From the NCBI RefSeq assembly GCF_018977255.1, contig NW_024704742.1:6636001-6700000 (forward strand): a stretch of 64,000 bases of DNA. The letters are read 5' to 3'. This DNA comes from Callorhinchus milii (taxonomy: Eukaryota). The notes under the pieces were generated by a model. That model did not search any database. It was not told the DNA's origin and was given only the letters and a program-made list of their open reading frames with translations. The first letter of the stretch is position 1. Each line of letters opens with the position of its first letter. Position numbers and translations under genes: made by a program. Shown piece by piece: positions 25,734 to 35,040 of this stretch.

Positions 25734-26075
25734 AAGTCCTGTAGCTCAGGGATTAGAGCACTCGCCTCGCAAACGAGAAACCTGAATTTGATTCCCAGCA
25801 GTTTCCCTACTCCGACCACTTCTATTTCGTTAGCAGTAAATGGGAACCTGGTTGTTAGTCGATTGGCCGATTGCTTTTCCGGGGGTAATAATCCCTTAAA
25901 AAAAAATTGGTCTCTTCAATCCACGACTGTTTGTGGGACGCTGCTGTGCGCAATTGGCTGCTGCGTTTCGACCACAAAATATACGGTCAATTCACTTTAC
26001 AGTATATTCTGTGAAGCGCTTTGAGACGTCTCGAAGACGTGATAAGGCGCCACATCAAACGCGAGGATTATTATT
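25734..26075 (+). mobile_element. SINE family A, older long form
   Basis: agtcctgtagctcagggattagagcactcgcctcgcaa..; tail gagacgtctcgaagacgtgataaggcg. Confidence 0.9.
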
Positions 26076-26607
26076 ATATTATAGCTGCACATCATTGTTG
26101 GCAACTCATTAAGTTTTCATTGCGGGTTGGCACGTGATAACCGTAGTGCAGCCAAAGGGAGCTCCGAGCGCACTGTAAAGGTGGTGTCTGTGAGGATGCA
26201 GTAGCACTTGTATGAAAAGCAGCAATGGAAGAGGTACCTCGACACCAGGAAAAAAAGTGCCCTGGGATGTAAATTAATACCCGCAAGCTGTCTATCAATT
26301 TGATGTAACCTTAGTGAAACCCTGAGAGTAATGTTTGTTTTGTCTATATTGGTAACATTGTGACAAGGCTAAGATTGGAGTTTTCTATCCAAATTTGATT
26401 ATAAATTTTGATTGATACGTTTGATTTTTTTAAAATGCTGTTATGCTGATAGAATTGCATTGGCAACAATTTCCTTACTAAAATGTGTCGAGAGCACGAA
26501 TCAAGGTATAAACAGCTTAATCGTTACAAAATGGAGCAAAATTGACCACACTTGAGTTTTTAGGATTGGTACAGGAATTTGCTGTGTCAGTTCAGGCAAT
26601 CCTTGTG

Positions 26608-26923
26608 GAGTCCTGTAGCTCAGTGGTTAGAGCACTCGCTTTGCAAGCGAGAGGCCTGAGTTCAATTCCAGGCAGAGGGCGAAACCTTGGGCAAGTTTCC
26701 TTACCCCACACAGAGCCTAATAATAATCCCTCCAAAACCAAAACCAATAATAAATTGGTCATTTTCAATCTACGACTGTTTGTGGGACATTGCTGTGCGC
26801 AATCGGCTGCCGCGTTCGCCCACAAATATACAGTCAATTCACTTTTGTTCTGTGAAGCGCTTTGGGACGTCCTCCCGACGTGAAAAGTGCTATATCAAAT
26901 GCAAGGATTATTATTATTATTAT
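26608..26923 (+). mobile_element. SINE family A young form, full length
   Basis: As 24892-25216; A box tagctcagtgg, B box gagttcaattcc. Confidence 0.95.
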
Positions 26924-27044
26924 CCTGTTGGTAAAGTTGGGTTGAACCCATGGTATTTTTTAACAGTATTCTTCAAAAGGGAATTTGAGATGCACAAACT
27001 ATGACACACTGATCTGCGAGACAGCTTCGACTCAATCTACCTCA

Positions 27045-27272
27045 CAGTAAAGTTCCAATATGGCAAAAGAACCAGAGGGGAAGTGAGGAGAATGTTTTAA
27101 CCCAACGAGTTGTTATGATCTGGAATGCACTGCCTGAAAGGGTAGGGGACGGAAGCAGATTCGATAGTGGTTTTCAAAAGGGAATTGGATAGATGCTTGA
27201 AAAGGAAAAGGTTGCAAGGCTAATGGGGAAAGAGCGGGGGAGTAGTACTAATTGGATAACTCTTTCAAGGAG
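27045..27272 (+). mobile_element. CR1 LINE 3' end fragment
   Basis: cgagttgttatgatctggaatgcactgcctgaaagg (RVVMIWNALPER), ttcaaaagggaattggatag (FKRELD), followed by CR1-type 3' UTR. Confidence 0.8.
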
Positions 27273-27289
27273 CTATTATTAATTATTAT

Positions 27290-27460
27290 TATTAATAATA
27301 AAAATCCTTGCATTTGATATAGCGCCTTATCACGTCATTGAGACATCTCAAAGCACTTTACAGAATGTACTGTAAAGTCAATTGTCTGTATATTTTGTGG
27401 ACGGTAATCGACCCCAGATCTTCTCGCTTGTGAGGTGAATGCTCTGACCAATACGTTACA
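27290..27460 (-). mobile_element. SINE family A, internally deleted remnant
   Basis: Tail and 3' half fused to head piece tctcgcttgtgaggtgaatgctctgacca. Confidence 0.75.
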
Positions 27461-28604
27461 CGGCGCCATCATATTAGGAGTATAATCATTGGGATTCCTC
27501 TACTCATGATGGGATGGCACAAGCTTCACTCTGTGGGGAAAATGCTTTGTCTAATTCTGTAATCAGCATCACAGCTCATCTCAGTATCATCTATATGACA
27601 TTTATAGAAGTTGTTAAAAACGCTAGCATTGGAAACTATCTGGAACACTCGCCTACTCTTTGTCTCCAAAAACTGAAGCAGCATCTTGATCCACATCAAT
27701 AGCCACTGTGGACAATTCATAACCCTTAAATTCCTAAGTAACTTCAGTGACAATAGAGTTTGGTGCAGAGGGGTTTGGGAAGCAGCCAAAGGTAGTTGGT
27801 GCAACTTCTTTTCTGATTCTTAACCCAGATCCTCCACCTCTACATTTCTTTCACATAAATCTTCTCACATTTTCTATTCTATCTAAAAAAAATCACTATG
27901 TGATTCCAAGACTGTTCCAAGTTCCACTGCTATGAAATCCTAAGGAAGTTTATTTTACCCTCAGGCACTGGGAGATCTTCTTACGTTACCAAGTCATGGT
28001 TTGGAACAATACAATAGTGTTTTTCTCTCCTGTATTTCACCAATCTTCACCACTCAGTGCATGGATGGTAATGGAAATGTGCATGCGTCAGAATAATTTG
28101 TTAAAGTGTCATTCTCAAGTCAACCTTTGAACAGTGCAGGCTTCAAGCGAACAGCAACGTGCGATGTGTCAGTACCGAAATAGAAAGCACATTGACACAG
28201 CACGCTGCCCAACATGACATCGGCAATCATATGATGTATTTTCGCAAAACAAGCTTGAAATTAGCCTCTGGCTGAACAACTTGTCATTGTGAAGCCCACC
28301 AGGCACTATTTGGGAGTCTGTCTACAAAACAAACCATTGTTTTGTGTCATTAATCTTTTCTATTGACAGAAGTCACACACAGAAAGACCCTCACTAAAGG
28401 TTCACTGACCCATCTTAATGCCCCTTTCAGCAGCTACCAAAAAATAAAGCTTGCTGTAAGGGAATAACATACTCTATTTGATTTATTGAGAGATTATATT
28501 AGAGGTGCCATATCTGTCATGGTTTCTATGCAAAATGTTAGACAAGTCTTACTGAAGCTATACATCTCCAATGGGTAGAATCACTTTTGATGCATTACAA
28601 CGTG

Positions 28605-29209
28605 TGTATGGGTGGATGACGCACAAATCTACTTTACCTCCTCCAGGACCAACTCCAGGTCCGCCAATGTTTTATCAGCTTGACTGGCAGACATCAGGGC
28701 CTGGATGAGTGTAAACTTCCTGCACCTGAATATGGACAAGATGGAAACCATACACCTTGGCTCCCGTCAACGTCTTCACTCCTGCGGATCGAAACTCCTC
28801 AACCTCGATGGGCTCTCTCTCAGACTCACCAAACCAGTGCGCAATCTAGGCATTCAGTTCAACCCCCAGTTGTCCATCCTACCCCACATCCGGTCCATGA
28901 CCAGATCTGCCTTCTTCCACCTCCGCTACATTGCCCGCCTCCGACTGTACTTTACCCCAAATGCAGCCGAAATCCTCGTGCATGCGTTTGTCACCTCCCG
29001 CCTTGATTACTCAAACGCACTCCTCGCTGGTCTCCCCATCTCTACTATTCCAAACATCCAGCTCATTCAGAACTCTGCCGCCGGCATACTCCGTACCCAC
29101 ATCTCCATGGGTTCCAATTGATACAAAACATTCAGTGAGCACTGTTAAGTGCTATAAAATACTACCCTGCATGGAGGGCACTATATAAGTCCAAGTTGTT
29201 GTTGTTGTT
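28605..29209 (+). mobile_element. Older L2 LINE fragment (RT C-terminus) with (TTG)n tail
   Basis: NFLHLNMDKMETI, PVRNLGIQF, FVTSRLDYSNALL; tail gttgttgttgttgttg ~29194-29209. Confidence 0.85.
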
Positions 29210-29397
29210 GGGCAAATGGTAACAATACAGTTATGTGTTGTGTTGGTGACCATTCTGCTTAGGACCAGTTTCCAGTGCCTGCCATCTGTTAAATGAGCGC
29301 TCAAACCTCCACTTGTTAGTTGTCTAATGGCCAATATGTGACTTTCTGTGCGTGGGAAGTAGCTCATGAGGTTTCTCAGGAGTCAAGCTAGCTTCCT

Positions 29398-29894
29398 AAT
29401 AATAATAATCCTTGCATTTGATATAGCGCCTCATCACATCTTCGAGACTTCTCAAAACGCTTCACAGAATATACTGTAAAGTGAATTGACTGTATATTTT
29501 GTGGGCAAAATGCGACAGACAAGTGCTCACAGCAGTGTCCCACAAATTGTCGTGGATTGAGCGACCACATTATTATTATTAGTTTTTGAAGGAATTATTA
29601 CCCCCGGAAAAGCGATCGACCTATCCATTAGCAACCGGGTTCCTACTTACTGAACAAAAGAACATTAGAACATAAGAATTAGGAGCAGGAGTCGGCCCTT
29701 TGAGCCTGCCTCGCCATTCAATAAGATCATGGCTGATCTATTCTAACTCCACCTTATCCCCATATCCCTTAATCCCTACTGCTAGGTAATCAGAGGCGTG
29801 TGGATGAAGGAAACTTGCCCAACTTTTCGCCCTGCCGGGAATCAAATCCAGGTCTCTCGCTTGTAAGGCGAGTGCTCTAACCACTGAACTACAG
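29398..29894 (-). mobile_element. SINE family A older long form, interrupted by a CR1 tail (29653-29776)
   Basis: SINE halves flank the insert; tactg is repeated on both sides of it. Confidence 0.9.
29653..29776 (-). mobile_element. Shark-type CR1 (HER1-like) 3' tail
   Basis: agaacataagaattaggagcaggagtcggcc..gccattcaataagatcatggctgatc..ccccatatccctt is the reverse complement of a CR1 3' UTR with short terminal repeats (recalled). Confidence 0.75.
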
Positions 29895-31229
29895 ACAATG
29901 TGCCTGGCAAAGAGAGGTTGGAGCCATGTAAATTCTTTGTTGTAAGGTTGGTAACTGATACTCGAGTCAGCCAGCAGAGGATTCGTCATTTAATGCATGA
30001 CAACCCTACCAGCAGGATAGTCTGGCTGGACAAGGAAGTTATACGGAGGCAAGATTGAGGGACTGAGGAAGTGTTCCACCTTTGGCTGCCGTGCTTCGCC
30101 CACAAAATATACACTCAATTCACTTTATACTATATTCTATGAAGGACTTTGAGACGTCTCAACAACGTAATATGGCACTTTACCAAAGGCAAGGATTATT
30201 GTACATAAAAAGACTTGATCCTTTGGGGATACGTATTGTTCTAATTTGCAGTATTTGTTAACAGAATTCCATAATCAGGAACAGAGTAAATCAAATGGGG
30301 CACCAGGTAACCAGAAGTATGCTATTCCAATCCTCAAGATCTCCCCTTTAATGCAATCTGTTTCCGTAGTGAACCTTCCAATGGATTGATCAATGTGAAT
30401 TCTAATATGATTCCTTATTAGGAAATCCGATTAAGAAATCCACAAAACAAGACCTGGCTTCCCTTTAGGAGAGGTAAATTTTGGTCCCTATTCACATTGA
30501 AACCTGCCAGATGACTATAAAAGCATGTGGTGATCTCACTATGTCAGCACGTAACAGCCTGCAAAATGAACTCTACTCATAAGGTTTGGGAAATGGAAGA
30601 AGAATGAATGAACATATTGATCTCAAGTTGAATAACTGGAGCAAGGCCAAGTAAATGTCAACTTTTACTGTTGCATCCGACTGTCAAAGTTTTTTTGTGT
30701 GTGCTTTTAGATTAGACCATGTAGACGTTGTGCCGGAGGTCGAGGTTTGGTGTATTCTGAGGTCTGCTTTCCAACACAGCCGAATACAATATCGAGACCA
30801 GGTAAGCAACCTCTAAACCATCTCATGAACTGGTGTGCACCATAATGTTAGCTCATCTTCTGGAAGAAACCTAGTTCTCCAAGTTTATATAAGATGCAGG
30901 GGTAGAGGGAGGGAATTCCAGGGGTTAGTGACATAGAATTTGAAAAGCCAAAGAGCAAGAGATTTTTTTTTAAGACATGTACTGTTTACCGATTGGTTTC
31001 ACCAGGCAACAGTACAGCAATTGTCTGCTATCCTCCAATTCCCTTCACAAGCTGCAGATTATCCAGAACTCTGCAGCTCGTGCCCGTTCCCGCATTAGCC
31101 TCTGTAAGCCTATCACTCCCATCCTGATGTGAAAGACATTATGTTAATGTACATTTTATTGCATTGTATTGAACAAAAAACAAAGGATATTTATGGTTAA
31201 AATTGGTAAAAGAAAACTTTAAATGACCC

Positions 31230-31655
31230 TTGAATAATAATACTTACATTTATAACATCAACTGGGTGTCGCAAAGTGCTTCACAGGACATACTGCAAAA
31301 TGGAGTGACTGTGTACATTGTGGGTGAATGCTGCAGCCAATTTAGGCACAGGGATGACTCACAAACAACCATAGAGTGAATGCCGAATGTTTTATTTCGG
31401 GAATTGTTGACCATGAAACCGGAAAAACAATCGCTTCTGATTTTGAAGAATTCCCTGAGATGTTTAACGTTGATCTGGACAGACAGGTGGGGCCTCGGTT
31501 TAACGTCTCAGCCAAAGGACGACACTTCCAAAAATGTAGCAAGCCGCCAGCAATGCATGGGAATGTCAGCAGAGATCATGTGTGAGTTTCAAGTCCCCAC
31601 GTGGGGCTTGAACCCACAAACTTCTGACTCAGAGGCAAGAGTGTTACCAGCTGAA
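31230..31655 (-). mobile_element. Deu-SINE family B, near full length
   Basis: Head ctctgagtcagaagtttgtgggttcaagcccc, acgttaaaccgaggcccc, Deu body and tail. Confidence 0.85.
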
Positions 31656-32634
31656 GGTAGCAAGTTTAGATGGTGAAACGAAAGAAATGTAATTACATTT
31701 ACAATGGCATTGCACGCATAAGTAGAGGAATTATCATTTTATCCAGTGCAAAATATAAACTCATCCAAATTTCACACATTGTCTCAATTAAAATAAATGC
31801 TTATTTGGGTGTGAATACTTCCTTCCAATAAAAAAATGCCACAGCTTTTGGCTCTAAGTTAGACCTCGTAAGGTAGAGCAGGAAGAAAATAACTACACAA
31901 ACATAAAAGAAAAGTTAGAAATATTCTCTTGCTAATGCTTCTCACTGTGTGATCTTCTGTTGGTACTGAGATCTAATTGAAATTTGGGTAACCATCTTAC
32001 CCTATCACTCCAGTGTGCCTAACAGAAATAATGCACAGTGAAATCTGAGGTCTGCGCAGTATGTTAAGGACACACCGCAACATGTCACTCTAGCAAGAGA
32101 CTCCTAAATTGTTTCTGTTCTAAAGGCACTTGGATTAATTGGAGCTAAGGTTTCCCAGACAAGCCTTTGCTGCTTTGTCTGAAATAAGATCTCTCCATAA
32201 AATAATAAAACCTAATAGAAGATAATTGCTTGGATTTCACTCCGGCTTCTTACACCAGTAACACCTGGCACCACTGCTGACGGGCACGATGTACAGCATA
32301 TAATATTTCAGAAAGAGTGACTTTTGCAGAACATGGTCAGGTGGGATTAAGAGGACTTGGCAGAATTTGCCTCCTTTTTGGTTTTCTTTTACTCCTAGAA
32401 ACAGTAAGTAGATCTGAAGAAACAGACACCCAGGCAGTCACAAGACGGGTGCAATACTGAAACAGTTTTAGCTACCTTTGCACATCAGGATCAAATATAC
32501 TGTATCTCTGGCACAGTTATGAATTCTGGGATTGTTTGTTGGATGCTTTTACTTTTATGAAGTGTTAATAACTATCACAAGCCTAAATACTGCTGAATAC
32601 CTTTATTTCTACCTTGAGGTTAAAGTGTGAATAT

Positions 32635-33009
32635 AATAATAATCCTTGCATATGATATAGCATCTTATCACATCTTCGAGCCGTCTCAAAGCGCTTCACA
32701 GAATATATTGTAAAGCAAATTGATTGTATGTTTTTTGGGCGAAACATGGCAGCCAATTGCCCACAGCAGTGTTCCACAAACAGTCGTGAATTAAGTGACC
32801 AAATTATTATTATTTTATTTGAAGGAATTATTACCCCCAGAAAAGCTATCCACCAGGTCATCCGACTAACATCTGAGTTCTTACTACCGCTGGGTAACCA
32901 GAGGCATGTGTGTTGAGTAGGGAAACTTGCCTAAGTTTTCGCCCTGCTCGGGAATCGAACTCAGGCCCTCCCGCTTGTGAGGCGAGTGCCCTAATCACTA
33001 AACTACAGG
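32635..33009 (-). mobile_element. SINE family A older long form, full length
   Basis: Head with ctcgcctcacaagcggg and gagttcgattccc; CORE-like segment; Deu-type 3' half; tail. Confidence 0.9.
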
Positions 33010-33087
33010 AAAAACTAAACTAAACTACTCCTATTTGGTGCCTAATCACATCTTTGAGATGTCTCAAAGAGCTTCACAACATCAACA

Positions 33088-33650
33088 AGACGAGGCTCTC
33101 TTGATTGGCTCCCATCATTGCCTCCACACCTCAGGCGCTGACAGCATCACCATCCATGGATGCACACTCCACCTTACTAAGCCAGCCTGGAATCTTGGGG
33201 TCTTGTTTGACCCTCAACTATCCTTTGTACCCCAAATCCATGCCATGACCCTGCTCTGCCTTCTCCCATCTCCACAACATCGCCCGGCTCCACTACTGCC
33301 TACACCGCAGGCCATCAAAACCCTCATACACGCTTTCATTACATTGAAGCTTGACTATGCAAACTCCCTGCTTGACGGCCTCCCCAACTCCTCCCTCCAT
33401 AGGCTGCAGGTCATCCAGAACCCTGCAGCCGGTGTCCTCTCCTGCACCAGGCTTCCTGACACTATCACCCCCATCCTTGCCCAACTCCACTGGCTTCCCA
33501 TCACACAGAGGATACAATTCAAGATCCTGGTCCTCATCTTCAAAGTCCTCCATGGTCTTGCTCCCCCCTACCTCTGTGACCTCCTAACCCCCTACCATCC
33601 TGCCCGCTCCCTCCGCTCAGTGGACTCTGGCCTGCCTCTCATTCCCCGCC
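33088..33650 (+). mobile_element. Older L2 LINE ORF2 C-terminal fragment
   Basis: EALLIGSH, NLGVLFD, ITLKLDYANSLL, LHWLPITQRIQFKIL, RSLRS. Confidence 0.9.
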
Positions 33651-33925
33651 CTGCAAAGCAAAGCCCTGATGGGTAGGGTGGATCTGAAATGGACAAGCAG
33701 GGGGAAAGCTTGCCATAGTGTGCTTTCAGTGGCAAACAATGTGGTCTTAGCGGGTTAAAATCCAGCAGTCCACCACTCTGGGGTCCCCAAGCCTTGGCTC
33801 TTGTCAACCAGTGCTTAATACTCTCTGGGAAAAGGTAAGCAGGATGTATTTTTCCAGGGAGAGTGTGCATATTGCATTCCAGAGACAGGAGAATTTCCAT
33901 GTGTAGGACAAGCAATGGGAAGGCT
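33650..33925 (+). repeat. Repeat family X, central part
   Basis: Bridges the 575-803/34661 copies (gcaaagccctgatgggtagg) and the 38186/56305 copies (ctggggtccccaagcc..ggtaagcagg). Confidence 0.7.
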
Positions 33926-34369
33926 ACTTGATGTTCTTTCATTGGCAAGCCAACTCTGGCTTAGTTCATACCCCCTGCTTTCTCCTCACCTTGCTCTGTC
34001 CCACCATCCATGGATAAGCCTTCAGCCACTTTCTGAAACTCTTTCCTGAAATCCCTCTTCCTTTCTGCATATGTGGAGCTCAGTCTTGTTTGGTTACCCT
34101 TTAGCATGATGATGGGTGTATGCATGTATCAGCTGATATTTTCTTTGGATAAACCATTGTGCCAAAGATGTAGGGAAGGTGTTCAGTTCCACAGTCTTGA
34201 ATGAATGGAAAAATACAGATTCATCACAGATTCAATGTGATAATACTGAATTTAATAATTATGCTATTCAGTCTTTTATGAAACTTCACAATGCTTTCCT
34301 TACTAACTAAAAAAAAGTTTTGACAAATACAATAAAAATATGATGAATACTGTGGAGAGATCAAAAAGA

Positions 34370-34547
34370 AAAATACTGCAGATTCTGTAAATCTGAAATA
34401 AAAACAGAAGTCACTGGGAACACTCATCAGGTCAGGCAGCATCCAAGGAGAGAGGAAAGGTCATCGACCTGGAACATTAACTCACTTTCCTCTCTCCATA
34501 GATGCTGCCTGACCTGTTTAGTGTTCCCAGTGACTTCTCTTTTTATT
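34370..34547. mobile_element. Penelope-like terminal fragments in inverted arrangement
   Basis: 63-nt arms 34397-34459 and 34485-34547 are reverse complements with 5 mismatches; same family as 7825 and 55830 copies. Confidence 0.75.
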
Positions 34548-34660
34548 ATACCATGGAAAGAGGAAGCAGCTATATTTTCTCACTGTATTGTTATATTAGA
34601 GGTAAGTACAGTATATGATAGGACCTATGCTGGAACACTATGGATGTTGATGTATCCTGT

Positions 34661-34766
34661 CACTGGGATCAGGGACCCTTCTCACTCGGCTCGTGTTAAT
34701 CCTACAAGTCAAAGCCCTAACGGGAAGCAGCAGAAAAGCTTGCCAGGCAGTGCCCTCAATGGCAAG
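34661..34766 (+). repeat. Repeat family X, 5' part
   Basis: cagggacccttctcactcggctcgtgttaatcc..caaagccctaacggg..agcttgccaggcagtgccctcaatggcaag. Confidence 0.7.
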
Positions 34767-35040
34767 CCAACTCTGGCTTGCCCTGTCTTCCTCCCTTGCT
34801 TGCTCTGCCCCTTTATCGACGGGTGAGCCTTCAGCCAGTTTTCCTCCACCCTTGGAAACTCTCTCTTGGAATCCCTATTGCTTTCTGCTTTCAAAAGCCA
34901 CAGCTTTGCCTGTGATTTCAACCGGTTCCCCTTCCCCACCCATTTTCTCGCAGCTCAGGCTCTAAACAAGCCATTGTAAAGTGCTTTAAGACCTTCTCCC
35001 AACGTGAAAGACAATATGTAAGTTTAAACTGTTGTTGTTC
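34767..35040 (+). mobile_element. Old L2 3' end
   Basis: ctctggc..gagccttcagcc..tggaaactctctc..tgtaaagtgcttt..acgtgaaag..tgttgttgtt. Confidence 0.65.

Noticed and set aside
26608..26680. tRNA-Ala(UGC)-like gene (D arm, CTCGC-TTTGCAA-GCGAG anticodon arm, B box)
   Set aside because: No 3' acceptor stem or T-run terminator; it continues into a SINE body and recurs in many copies, so it is a SINE head.
24860..27004. Recurrent ORFs containing CKDYYYY, LFVGHCCAQ or AAANCAQQ
   Set aside because: These are sense and antisense translations of SINE family A, not genes.
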